Source: a virus (Duplodnaviria; Caudoviricetes). From it: 64,000 nt of DNA. The notes beneath the pieces were generated by a model, which had not been told where the DNA came from, made no database searches, and saw nothing but the letters and a program-made list of their open reading frames with translations. The DNA is taken from positions 1 to 64,000 of IMG/VR virus record IMGVR_UViG_3300050581_000016; one strand, 5' to 3'. A program made the translations under genes and the position numbers. Positions 27,704 through 36,891 of the stretch are shown here, in pieces (position 1 is the stretch's first letter; the number at the start of each line of letters is the position of its first letter).

Positions 27704-27723
27704 GGGGCCGGGAAACCGGCCCC
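27704..27723 (+). terminator. GGGGCCGG-GAAA-CCGGCCCC hairpin
   Basis: Perfect 8-bp stem directly after the SSB-like stop. Confidence 0.6.
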
Positions 27724-27760
27724 ATCGACGAACCCCAACGAATTGAAAAGGATCAAGGGC

Positions 27761-28762
27761 ATGATGAAAACCAATCTCAAAGGAAGCGGATTTGATGGCG
27801 CGAACGACACTGTTGTTTGTTCGACAAACATCAATGGCAAAGAAGTGCGGGCGGTTTTGACCAGTGAAGGTCAGGTTATGGTTGTTGTTTCTGACGTGTG
27901 CAGGTTGATCTGGGAAGGCGGGTCAAGGTCGTTTTCCAGAAGGACGATTCTCCGTGGCCTGCCCGAAGGGAGCCGAATTGACTACATGCTCAGTAATAAG
28001 GCCCTGCACGCTAATGCCTGCGTTGAAGCCAGTGTCTTGTATGACGCTATTTTGAAGTATCGAAAGGTGGACAAGACAAGGCGAAGGCATCTGGCCCATA
28101 GAACGATTGAGGCCATTGACAGCCTGCTCCCCAAATTCAGGACGGCATTCATAGATGGCAAGGAAGCCGAGCCGGTGACGCCCGTTGAGCCGGTCGCTGA
28201 GCCTGCGCCGGAGCCGGTTGCTCAGCCCGAACAGGCTGATCCGCTTGACAGCCTGGCCCAGGCCATTGCAGGGCCGCTCGCTAAGGCCATCAAGGCGATA
28301 ATTGCAAACCAGAAGGCTACGTTTGAGGCCCAGGCTGCCAAGATCGCCAAACAAGAAGCCCAGATCATGAGCCAGGCCGCCAGGATAGAGACGCTGGGTG
28401 ACGTAATACTCCGCCAAAACAACATCCTTACCAAGCATGACTCCATCTTCGTTGAGCTTCGGGATAAGGCGCTAGAGTTGATGAAAAGAGTCGAGGTGGG
28501 AAACGACAAGCCTCCGGTTGTGAAGTCCATGCAGAAGCAATGCAACGATGCCGCTCACAGGTATGCTGGAGTGGCTGGCGTCAGCATCCCCGAAGCGTGG
28601 AACATCATCCACCGGCAATTCAAGATCACCCACGGGAAAGACCTTCAGCGCATGGCGAGGGAGAGAGGCTCGAAGGCGGCCGGCCTGGGCGTGGCAGCCG
28701 AGATCGGAATGCTCGACGAGATGTATGATGTCATCTACGGCTTGACCAAGCTGGCGGCATAA
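27761..28762 (+). CDS. Antirepressor-like protein (Bro-N-like N-terminus, coiled coil)
   Basis: NGKEVRAVLTSEGQVMVVVSDVCRLI resembles Bro-N; central heptad repeats. Confidence 0.55.
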   Translation: MMKTNLKGSGFDGANDTVVCSTNINGKEVRAVLTSEGQVMVVVSDVCRLIWEGGSRSFSRRTILRGLPEGSRIDYMLSNKALHANACVEASVLYDAILKYRKVDKTRRRHLAHRTIEAIDSLLPKFRTAFIDGKEAEPVTPVEPVAEPAPEPVAQPEQADPLDSLAQAIAGPLAKAIKAIIANQKATFEAQAAKIAKQEAQIMSQAARIETLGDVILRQNNILTKHDSIFVELRDKALELMKRVEVGNDKPPVVKSMQKQCNDAAHRYAGVAGVSIPEAWNIIHRQFKITHGKDLQRMARERGSKAAGLGVAAEIGMLDEMYDVIYGLTKLAA

Positions 28763-28815
28763 CCTGACAACCTGGGCCGGTGTCGCCACCGGCCCTTTCA
28801 CGCGAGGTAAAGACC

Positions 28816-29115
28816 ATGACGAAAGCCGAAGCAAACAAGAGGAAGTTCGAGGACTTCAACGCCGTCAACCCCAAGGTGTACGCCCTGTTCTGCCAGTTCA
28901 CCCAGGAGGTCATTGACGCCGGTTTCACCAGCTACTCCGCATACGCCATCATGCACCGCGTCCGGTGGGAAGGCGCCGTGGTCACGAAGGGCGACCCGTA
29001 CAAGATCAGCAACAACCACATCCCATTCTATGCGCGGCTGTACGCCCAGGAGCACCCGAAGTACAAAGAGTTCTTCCTGCTCCGCGAGCTGACGACTGAG
29101 CGCAAGGCGGCCTAG
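28816..29115 (+). CDS. Conserved-looking small phage protein
   Basis: FNAVNPKVY...HRVRWE...YKISNNHIPFYARLY pattern. Confidence 0.6.
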   Translation: MTKAEANKRKFEDFNAVNPKVYALFCQFTQEVIDAGFTSYSAYAIMHRVRWEGAVVTKGDPYKISNNHIPFYARLYAQEHPKYKEFFLLRELTTERKAA

Positions 29116-29126
29116 AGGGAGGAGCC

Positions 29127-30146
29127 ATGACGTCATCTGATTTCATTGAAAGCATATACAAGAAGGTGGGCGAGTCCGACTACAACCAGGACGTGGCGGG
29201 CTGGCTGTCCACGGGCTTCCTGCCCCTTGACTACGCCATCAGCGGCAAGTACCAGGGCGGCGGCCTTCCGATGGGCCGGATCAGCGAGATATTCGGGCCT
29301 GAGTCGAGCGGCAAGACCTTGCTGGCCACGATGGCCATGATCCAGACTCAGCGCCTGGGCGGGCTGGCCGTGTTCCTTGACTTCGAGCACGCCTTTGCCA
29401 TCAGGCGGGCCGTTCAGTTGGGCCTGGGCACCGACAAGAATCTCTGGCTCTACAAGCAACCGGACACGGCTGAAGAGGGCTTCCAGATCGTTGACTACAT
29501 TGGCGAGATGGTGGTCAAGAACGGCATTGAGAAGCCCGTGACCATCGTCAAGGATTCGGTTGCCAGCATGATTACCCAGAGCGAGATGGACACCGGGATC
29601 GGCGACGAGAATATGAAGACGCGCTTGTCCCTGGCCTCCTGTATGAGCACGAACCTCAAGAAGCTGGCCAAGATCGTGAACAAGACCAACATCACCCTGA
29701 TCTTTCTGAACCAAACCAGGGAGAACCCCGGCGTGATGTTTGGCGAGAAGACCACGACACCAGGCGGCAACGCCCTTCGGTTCTACGCATCCATGCGGGC
29801 CAAGCTGCGGAAGACGGGGAAGGTGAAGGACGAGGACACCGGGGCCATTATCGGCGAGAAGGTGAGCGTCCAGATCGTCAAGAACAAGGTCTTTGAGCCG
29901 TTCCGCGAGGCCGACTACATCAGCGTCTTCAAGGAAGGCATCAACCTTCACCGGAGCCACCTGGACTCTCTGGCGGCACGGGGCCTGCTCGGCAGCACCA
30001 AGGGCTATCTGGAGTTCGAGGGAAAGAAGTGGCGGGCGGGCGCCCTGGAGAAGATGCTTCGGGAGGACAACGACGCATATCAGCGCCTCCTGGGCCTGTT
30101 CAATGACGCACCGGAACCCGTGAAGTTTGCGGTAGATGAGGAATAG
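29127..30146 (+). CDS. recA: RecA/UvsX-like recombinase
   Basis: LSTGFLPLDYAI, GPESSGKT, DFEHA, KDSVA, NQTR, GGNALRFYAS. Confidence 0.95.
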   Translation: MTSSDFIESIYKKVGESDYNQDVAGWLSTGFLPLDYAISGKYQGGGLPMGRISEIFGPESSGKTLLATMAMIQTQRLGGLAVFLDFEHAFAIRRAVQLGLGTDKNLWLYKQPDTAEEGFQIVDYIGEMVVKNGIEKPVTIVKDSVASMITQSEMDTGIGDENMKTRLSLASCMSTNLKKLAKIVNKTNITLIFLNQTRENPGVMFGEKTTTPGGNALRFYASMRAKLRKTGKVKDEDTGAIIGEKVSVQIVKNKVFEPFREADYISVFKEGINLHRSHLDSLAARGLLGSTKGYLEFEGKKWRAGALEKMLREDNDAYQRLLGLFNDAPEPVKFAVDEE

Positions 30147-30148
30147 CC

Positions 30149-31207
30149 ATGCGACCGCCAATACTGGTGATAAGCGACCCCCAATTTCACAATTTCAAGG
30201 CCCACTCCACCACGGTCGATGGTGTGAACTCCAGGCTGCTACAGCAGATGGCGGCCTGGAATGAAGCCATCGAGATCGGGGTGAAGGCCGGATGCAAGAT
30301 GCTGGTGATTCCCGGCGACGTGTTCGAGATTCGCGGGCAGATCAAGCCGAGCGTCTTCAACAAGGTCACGGAGCTGGTCTACCTGGCAATGCAGAAGGGC
30401 CTGGACGTCGTGGCGATCCCAGGCAATCACGACATGGAGCATTTCGATGCCGGTGAGAGCGCGATCGACACCTGGGACATGCTGTTCCTGGAGGGGTTCG
30501 GCAGCATGCCCCAGCGCGACGTGACGGTCATGAAAATTCCAGAGGTGGTGATGATGGGCGGTTACCGGATCGCGGGCGTCCCGTACATCCACGACGTCAA
30601 GAAGTTCAAGTCGGCCCTCCGCGATATTGGGAGCCACAACCCTGAGATCACCCTGATCCATCAGGGTGTTGACGACTTCGATCCGACCGGGGCGCTCACG
30701 ACCGGCTTGACGGCTAGGTGGCTCGAAGACAACTGCCCTGGCCGGATCATCTGCGGCCACTACCATTTCCCGGCGATCAAGGGCCGTGTCCTGAACCCCG
30801 GCGCCCTGGTACAGCACCGCTTCGGTGACGAGGGGAACCATCGAGGATGCTGGGTGGTCTACGACAGCAAGGACGAGCCTGAGTTTCATCGCATCAAAAG
30901 CCCTGAGTTCGTGACCTGGCGCGACCACGGCGCAACGCATCTGCCCAGTGCCAAGGGCAACTTCGTCAGGGTCATCACCAAGTCCGTCAAGCAGGGCGAG
31001 AAGATCAGGAAGAAGGCAGAGGAGGCCGGGGCGCTCAGCGTGATCGTCCAGGTGGAGAAGGAGTTCAAGACGGCCCACGAGAAGACGGTGGCGATGGGCA
31101 AGCCCAGGGACATGCTGGGCGAGTACCTCGACATCGAGGCCAAGTACAGTCCGCACAAGGCGGCGATCCTGGGGCTTTTCGACAAGGTGTGCCTGGGGCA
31201 CGCATAA
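30149..31207 (+). CDS. SbcD/Mre11-like nuclease
   Basis: SDPQF, PGDVF, PGNHD, LIHQG, CGHYH; PG + QHRFG. Confidence 0.85.
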   Translation: MRPPILVISDPQFHNFKAHSTTVDGVNSRLLQQMAAWNEAIEIGVKAGCKMLVIPGDVFEIRGQIKPSVFNKVTELVYLAMQKGLDVVAIPGNHDMEHFDAGESAIDTWDMLFLEGFGSMPQRDVTVMKIPEVVMMGGYRIAGVPYIHDVKKFKSALRDIGSHNPEITLIHQGVDDFDPTGALTTGLTARWLEDNCPGRIICGHYHFPAIKGRVLNPGALVQHRFGDEGNHRGCWVVYDSKDEPEFHRIKSPEFVTWRDHGATHLPSAKGNFVRVITKSVKQGEKIRKKAEEAGALSVIVQVEKEFKTAHEKTVAMGKPRDMLGEYLDIEAKYSPHKAAILGLFDKVCLGHA

Positions 31208-31218
31208 GGAGGGAAGAC

Positions 31219-31539
31219 ATGAGCTTTAAAGTGACGTTGAACGCGGGTGAAGACGATGAGCTTCGCGGCTTCCTGAAGCAGCAGATTGAAGGCGCCGTGA
31301 AGTCGGTGACTCGCGCCGAACTGAAGGGAATGATCTACGGCGTGGCCGAGGAGAAGACCAGGACGGGGTTGACCGCGAAGGTCGAAGCAGAAATCCGCTC
31401 CCTGGTGCGTGATGCGATGGGAAGATACAACGTGCCTCACATGATCCGCGAGGCCGTGCGCGAAGAGGTAAGGGCCATCGTCAAGGAGCATGTGAGGCTT
31501 CCTGGCGCGATTAAGCTCGACGTGACACCGATCATATAA
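31219..31539 (+). CDS. Hypothetical protein
   Basis: ATG 31219 with AAGGAGG RBS. Confidence 0.6.
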   Translation: MSFKVTLNAGEDDELRGFLKQQIEGAVKSVTRAELKGMIYGVAEEKTRTGLTAKVEAEIRSLVRDAMGRYNVPHMIREAVREEVRAIVKEHVRLPGAIKLDVTPII

Positions 31540-31551
31540 GGAGGAAGGCAA

Positions 31552-31866
31552 GTGGGTCAGAACCTCATGAACAGCGCTCACAAGGCAACGTCCCAGGCAT
31601 ACCGGGACGGCTATGACCGCATCTTCGGAGGCGGCGAGATCATGGAGAACGAAGTGCCGAACCCCAGCGGCTTTCACCTGGTTCCCCTGGCGTCCTTCCC
31701 AGACTGCTGCCAGATTTGCAAGCACCTCCGGTGGGAAGAGGAGGGCGCGTTCTGTGCGGACGAGATCGACGATGAGGACGCGATTTACGATCATGACGTC
31801 GCCCTGGCAATGGTTTGCAGGCGCTTTGAGCGCATCGAGAAGTGGTCGCAGATGGGGAGCGCCTAG
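31552..31866 (+). CDS. Hypothetical Cys-containing protein
   Basis: GTG with AGGAGG RBS; CCQICKH...C...C. Confidence 0.5.
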   Translation: MGQNLMNSAHKATSQAYRDGYDRIFGGGEIMENEVPNPSGFHLVPLASFPDCCQICKHLRWEEEGAFCADEIDDEDAIYDHDVALAMVCRRFERIEKWSQMGSA

Positions 31867-31912
31867 TCAACGGCACGCTTCCTGCACTTCATAGGTGAAG
31901 GGAGTGGTGAAC

Positions 31913-32182
31913 ATGAAGTACCGGCTGAAAGAAGACAAAGAGTTGGTCGTGCTGGATTGCAGTATCGACTACGGGCACCCCGAGTGCTTTCAGTCCGGTA
32001 CTGAGTTCACCGAGATCGCGGCTTGCAGGAGCAACCGCTATCGGATTCTGGGCCTGGGCACGAAGCGGGTCTATGTGCCCGAGTCCACCTTGAGCACGGC
32101 CTTTGAGGCGGTCTGGGAAGAAACGAAAAGCACTACGGCACCCTGGAGGACGGCAGATGAACCTGAAGCTATTGAGGATTAA
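31913..32182 (+). CDS. Hypothetical protein
   Basis: ATG 31913 with GGGAG RBS, same frame as 31895..32182. Confidence 0.5.
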   Translation: MKYRLKEDKELVVLDCSIDYGHPECFQSGTEFTEIAACRSNRYRILGLGTKRVYVPESTLSTAFEAVWEETKSTTAPWRTADEPEAIED

Positions 32183-34073
32183 GAACTTCCTTGGGATCGG
32201 GGAGTGCGAGGTGCGGTTTGACCGCACGGGCGTCACCCTGATTGAGGGCGTCAACCACGACAGCCCTTCCAGCATCAGCAACGGCGCTGGCAAGAGCAGC
32301 ATCTTCGAGGCCCTGTACTGGGTCTTGTACGGCAAGACCAAGCGGGGCTTGACCGGCGACGACGTCATCAACGAGCGGGCAAAGAAAGACTGCCTGGTAG
32401 AACTCGAGTTCGACGACTACTTGATCCAGCGCTCCCGCAAGGACTCGACGAATGGGACGTCCCTTCAGTTATACCAGATGGACGGGCGCCCCAAGGGCCT
32501 GGGCGGCTGGATGGACATGACCAAGGGCACGGTGAAAGACACCCAGGCCCTCATCGAGGAGATCACGAAGTTCAGCGAGCTGACCTTCTCCAAGGTCGCC
32601 TACTTTGGCCAGGGCGACATCAAGGGCTTTGCGGGTTTGACGGACGCCGAGCTGAAGAAGGTCTTCGAGCAGGCCCTGGGGCTGACCTTCTTTTGCGACT
32701 ACCTGGAGCGGGCCAAGCAGCACCGGCAGGGCCTGGAGGGCGAGAAGAACCTCAAGGTTTCGCGCCTGGGCAACCTGGGCCGTGAGCTGGAGCACGCCCA
32801 GGAAAAGATCGCCATGTGCGAGCGCACCATTGAGGCCCACGAGCTGCGAAAGAAGGCCGACCTGGAGCGCTTGCAGACCGATCTGGAAGGCGTCACCAGC
32901 GAGCGCGACGACATCAAGGCCAATGCGGCTGATGAGGTCAAGCGGGTGCAGGCCAAGATTAAAGACCTGGAGAAGAAGGCCGCCGAGCGCAAGAAGCTCT
33001 ACGACCTGGGCACCCAGCTCGACGACAAGATCGCCGACCATCATGTCAGGATCGCAGCCGTCAGAACTGAGTTCAACCTGGCTGCGAGGGAGGGCAAACG
33101 GCTGGCCGATGAGCTGGCCAACATCGAGGCAAAGATCGGGAAGCCGTGCGGGGAGTGCGGCAAGACCTACGAGCTGGCCGATCTCTCCGACGCCAAAACG
33201 GCCATTGAAACGAAGTTGACCGGCCTGCGGAATCGAATGGAAGACCTCGCGGCGACCCTTGCCGGGAAGGAAGAGGCCGTGGGCAAGTTCAGGAAGCTGC
33301 GCGAGCAACTGAGCGCCAAGCTGGCCGACTTCGACGGGGTCATCGGGGAGCTGGCTATGGCCAAGACCTCCCTTGACTTCTGGACGAAGGCCCAGACCGA
33401 GCGCCTGGGAGAGCTGGACAAGAAAGAGGTCGAGATCAAGGGGCGTATCGAGGCCAAGAAGGCCGACACGACGGCGGCCATCAATGACAAGAACGCCGCC
33501 GAAACGAGCCTGGTCATGATTGGGGCCGACATCGAGACGACCGGCCATGTCATTGAGCGCCTGGGCGCCGACATCGAAGTCGCCAAGATGCTGGAGGAGG
33601 CCCTGGGCAACGGCGGCCTGAAGTCCTACGTCTTTGACGCCATCACTCCTGAGCTGAACAAGCTGATCGACCGGAACATCAAGATGCTCGACGACATCGA
33701 CATCGAGGTCAGCACCGTGACCAAGCTGAAAAGCGGCGAGTACCGGGAGAAGTTCAGCATCGACGTCAGGAACCAGCACGGCGCGGGTCAGTTTGCCGGG
33801 AACAGCGGCGGGGAGCAGCAGAAGGTGAACCTGGCCATAAGCCTGGCCATCAACACCCTTATCCGCACCGTTTCCGAGGGCAGCATCAATACGATCTTCT
33901 TGGATGAGTGCTTCGAGAACCTGGACGACGGGAGCAGCGAGCGTGTCATGGAGCTGGTGAGCGGCATCGAGGTTCCAAATGTGTTTTTGATTACACATAG
34001 ACAGGGAGTGAAAGACCTGGTTCCCAGCGTCCTGACCGTGGAGAAGAAGGGCGGCAGGGCAACGGTTCATTAA
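32157..34073 (+). CDS. SbcC/Rad50-like SMC ATPase
   Basis: Walker A NGAGKS, coiled coils, zinc hook CGEC, signature SGGEQQK, Walker B FLDE. Confidence 0.9.
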   Translation: MNLKLLRIKNFLGIGECEVRFDRTGVTLIEGVNHDSPSSISNGAGKSSIFEALYWVLYGKTKRGLTGDDVINERAKKDCLVELEFDDYLIQRSRKDSTNGTSLQLYQMDGRPKGLGGWMDMTKGTVKDTQALIEEITKFSELTFSKVAYFGQGDIKGFAGLTDAELKKVFEQALGLTFFCDYLERAKQHRQGLEGEKNLKVSRLGNLGRELEHAQEKIAMCERTIEAHELRKKADLERLQTDLEGVTSERDDIKANAADEVKRVQAKIKDLEKKAAERKKLYDLGTQLDDKIADHHVRIAAVRTEFNLAAREGKRLADELANIEAKIGKPCGECGKTYELADLSDAKTAIETKLTGLRNRMEDLAATLAGKEEAVGKFRKLREQLSAKLADFDGVIGELAMAKTSLDFWTKAQTERLGELDKKEVEIKGRIEAKKADTTAAINDKNAAETSLVMIGADIETTGHVIERLGADIEVAKMLEEALGNGGLKSYVFDAITPELNKLIDRNIKMLDDIDIEVSTVTKLKSGEYREKFSIDVRNQHGAGQFAGNSGGEQQKVNLAISLAINTLIRTVSEGSINTIFLDECFENLDDGSSERVMELVSGIEVPNVFLITHRQGVKDLVPSVLTVEKKGGRATVH

Positions 34074-34083
34074 GGAGCGGGCC

Positions 34084-34278
34084 ATGTACGGAATCTTCAG
34101 GGTGTTCGGCATGATGTTCGGGGTGGTCGGGGCGATCTTCGGATTGTTCTTCGGGCTGGGCGGCGTGCTCCTGGTGCTGATCGGCATCCCGGCGCTTATG
34201 GTCAACCTGGGCGCCGGTATCCTGATGATCCTGGTCGGCAGCGCCCTTATCGGAAGACAGGGAAGGAGGTATCACTGA
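34084..34278 (+). CDS. Small membrane protein
   Basis: Two Gly-rich hydrophobic stretches; AAGGAG RBS. Confidence 0.55.
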   Translation: MYGIFRVFGMMFGVVGAIFGLFFGLGGVLLVLIGIPALMVNLGAGILMILVGSALIGRQGRRYH

Positions 34279-34523
34279 TGGAAGAACTGCGGTCGAAGCT
34301 GATTGAAGCGCTCCAGGGATGGCTGCATGATACGGCAGGGTTTTCAGACGCACCGGAGAAGGCCCTGGTGCTGACCCTTGACCGCGAGGAGGTTGTGCAG
34401 CTTAAGACGCTCCTTGAGGTCTACACGCATTCCCAGGCCGACATCGACATGATGTGGTCGCTGGTTGAAGGCTGCCGGGAGGCCAACCGTCGATTGAGAC
34501 TGAAACTGGGAGGCAAGGAATGA
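34278..34523 (+). CDS. Hypothetical protein
   Basis: Start/stop overlap with neighbours; AGGAGG RBS. Confidence 0.6.
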   Translation: MEELRSKLIEALQGWLHDTAGFSDAPEKALVLTLDREEVVQLKTLLEVYTHSQADIDMMWSLVEGCREANRRLRLKLGGKE

Positions 34524-34702
34524 TCTTCGAGGATGACAACGAGTTCGTCCCTGACTACGGCAAGATTCATGAGGCCATCAGGGAGAGGCGGAAGCAGGGC
34601 GTGCCGGTCAAATGGCTGGCGGCCCAGTACCACATGACCTACGCCGAGGTCACGGCGATCATCAAGGAGGGCGAGAGTGGATCGAACGATTCTGACGCTT
34701 GA
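34520..34702 (+). CDS. Small HTH-like protein
   Basis: GVPVKWLAAQYHMTYAEVTAII. Confidence 0.5.
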   Translation: MIFEDDNEFVPDYGKIHEAIRERRKQGVPVKWLAAQYHMTYAEVTAIIKEGESGSNDSDA

Positions 34703-35240
34703 TGTGGGCTTCAGGGCGACCGGCTGGGCGGTCTGCGGGCCGGATGGGCCGGTGGCGTGCGGGGTGATCCGCACGGAGCCGAGCGCCAAGAAGCTCAAGG
34801 TACGCACGGCTGACGATTACAGCATCAGGGCCGCGAAAATGGCCCGTGAGCTGCACAACATCATAAGGGCCTACAATGTGGCGCGCGTCATCGGAGAGTT
34901 GCCTTCAGGGGGCGCACAAAACGCCAGAGCAATGGCCATGATGAACATGGCCACGGCGGTCGTGGCTGCGGTGGTCGAGTTGAACGAGCTGCCGAGCGAA
35001 TGGGCGACCCCAGGCGACGTGAAGCTGGCCCTGTGCGGGAAGAAGAGTGCGTCCAAGGATGACATGATGAACAAGGCGCGGGCGGTCTGGGGCCATCAAT
35101 GCGAGTTCCCAGCGGTCAAGGCTGAGTTCGAGCACATCGCCGACGCATGCGGGGCCTGGTCTGCGCTCAAGTACGGTTCGATTGTGCGGGCGGTTCTGCT
35201 TGGTCAGCGGGCGGGAAAAATCGCATCGGCCTCAAAATAA
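34677..35240 (+). CDS. ruvC: RuvC-like Holliday junction resolvase
   Basis: LTLDVGFRATGWA, IGELP, VKLALCGKKSASK, EHIADA. Confidence 0.8.
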   Translation: MDRTILTLDVGFRATGWAVCGPDGPVACGVIRTEPSAKKLKVRTADDYSIRAAKMARELHNIIRAYNVARVIGELPSGGAQNARAMAMMNMATAVVAAVVELNELPSEWATPGDVKLALCGKKSASKDDMMNKARAVWGHQCEFPAVKAEFEHIADACGAWSALKYGSIVRAVLLGQRAGKIASASK

Positions 35241-35241
35241 G

Positions 35242-35278
35242 GTTTACCCGATAGGCCGTTTTTCGACTGTAATACCAG
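35242..35278 (+). promoter_or_regulatory. Copy of motif KTTTACCMGAT-N11-YGACTGTAATACCAG (putative phage-sigma promoter)
   Basis: Also at 11350-11386 (+) and 10985-11021 (-), all with an 11-bp gap. Confidence 0.6.
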
Positions 35279-35453
35279 CGACGCAGTTATACCGAGTGGC
35301 AATGAACGAGGATCAGACAAGGAGGGCAACATGGGCGACTACTAGAAGGATGGCAGGCGGGCACCCTTTTTTTGCCCGCCTGCTATAAGTAAGGACTTAG
35401 GCTACAGTGAACTGAAATTGTTCAATAATTCCTACTGAATCGTGAGGGGATGA

Positions 35454-35690
35454 ATGAGGGGAACACAAGCGAAACGTCTTCGGCGCCTGGCCCTGACAAC
35501 GTGTGAGTCAGCCGGGATCAAGGGCAGCACCTATCAGATGGAGAACATGCACGACATTCCGGTACACGGCGTCTTCAAGGGCATGCGGGTCGTGATCGGA
35601 TGGTGGCGCTGGGGAATCAGAAAAGCCAAGGGCGTTCACGGAGTCTACAAGCAGTTCAAGAAACACTTCAAGAGGGAGAAAGCGCGATGA
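35454..35690 (+). CDS. Small basic hypothetical protein
   Basis: MRGTQAKRLRR start; overlaps dut start. Confidence 0.55.
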   Translation: MRGTQAKRLRRLALTTCESAGIKGSTYQMENMHDIPVHGVFKGMRVVIGWWRWGIRKAKGVHGVYKQFKKHFKREKAR

Positions 35691-36133
35691 GAAGAGTCTA
35701 TTTCAAGGCCCTGCGACCGGATGTGGTGATGCCGGGATACAAGACGCCGGGGTCAGCGGGGTTTGACCTGGCTGCCATCGAGGACGTGTCCGTTGGCCCC
35801 TATGAGCGCAAGGTTGTCCCGACCGGATTTGCCGTGGCCCTGCCGCCCTTCTACGAGATGGAGGTACGGCCCAGGTCTGGTGTGGCGCTCAATGACGGTT
35901 TGCTGGTTCACAACGGCACCGTGGACAGCGACTACAGGGGCGAGATCGGGGTGCTCGTCTTCAACCCGTTTCACGACCGCACCCTGGTCATCCCGAAGCA
36001 CGCCAGGATCGCCCAGGGCATCGTAAAGCCGGTCGAGCGCGTGATCTTCTTCCCGGTGGACGAGCTGGACGCAACCGAGCGCGGAGCGGGCGGCTACGGC
36101 AGCACTGGAGACAAGGAGGCTGTCAATGGGTAA
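35687..36133 (+). CDS. dut: Trimeric dUTPase
   Basis: GSAGFDL, VPTG, RPRSG, GTVDSDYRGE, RIAQ, RGAGGYGSTG. Confidence 0.95.
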   Translation: MRRVYFKALRPDVVMPGYKTPGSAGFDLAAIEDVSVGPYERKVVPTGFAVALPPFYEMEVRPRSGVALNDGLLVHNGTVDSDYRGEIGVLVFNPFHDRTLVIPKHARIAQGIVKPVERVIFFPVDELDATERGAGGYGSTGDKEAVNG

Positions 36134-36583
36134 GCAACTGGCGGTCTACCTGTGCGGCCCCATCGAGGGCATCACCCTGGAAGAGGCGACGGCCTGGCGC
36201 GACAAGGCCAGCAAGCGGCTCGAAGGGATGGGCGCCAAGGTCTACGACCCCATGAAGGGGAAGCACAACATCGTGCCGTCCCCGGCAAAACGATCTGGTA
36301 TCCCGACTACAACCCCGACCTTGAGCACCTGACCAAGCCGGATGCCATCTACTACAAAGACCTGTTCACCCTTGAGCACTCCGACGTTCTACTGGTCAAC
36401 CTGAGAAGCGAGGCGGCGTGCCGGGGCACCTTCTTTGAGATCGGCTACGCCCGCGCCAAGAACAAGACCGTCATTGTGGTCAGTGACAACGACGTCGTGA
36501 CCAGGCATCCCTTTGTTAGGATGAGCGCCGTCGTCTACTGCTCCATGAGCGAGGCCCTTGACTTGATCGCAACCATGCTGTGA
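36126..36583 (+). pseudogene. Nucleoside 2-deoxyribosyltransferase / nucleotide N-hydrolase-like gene, split by a 1-nt frameshift near 36280-36283
   Basis: Frame 1 VYLCGPIEG...WR...YDP; frame 2 KDLFTLEHSD...GTFFEIGYA. One extra C in the C4 run restores IVPSPGKTIW. Confidence 0.7.
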
Positions 36584-36593
36584 GGAGAACACG

Positions 36594-36881
36594 ATGATCC
36601 GAGTGAGTGATTTCGAGAAGAAGCCCTGCGCCTGCCCCAAGGCCGACGAATGCACGCCCAGCGAACAGGCCGAACTCCAGGCCCTGGACACCCTGGTCAA
36701 CAACTTCGCCGAGGCCATGAAGGCCCAGCTCCGCAAGAAATACTACGAGGGGAAGCGGGATTGGGACAAGCCGGTCTACGCCAACGGCATGATGGATGCC
36801 CTGGAAGACCGCGCCTCTGAAGGCAAGTGGGTGGACGTGGCGAACTTCGCGGCGATGCTTTGGAACTTCGAGCAGGAATAG
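36594..36881 (+). CDS. Hypothetical phage protein
   Basis: FAEAMKAQLRKK...G...WD...GKWVDVANFAAMLW pattern; GAGGAG RBS. Confidence 0.65.
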   Translation: MIRVSDFEKKPCACPKADECTPSEQAELQALDTLVNNFAEAMKAQLRKKYYEGKRDWDKPVYANGMMDALEDRASEGKWVDVANFAAMLWNFEQE

Positions 36882-36891
36882 GAGGCTGGCG

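Noticed and set aside
36270-36290. Programmed -1 ribosomal frameshift in the NDT-like gene
   Set aside because: No X-XXY-YYZ slippery heptamer or downstream stimulator; a homopolymer indel explains it more simply.
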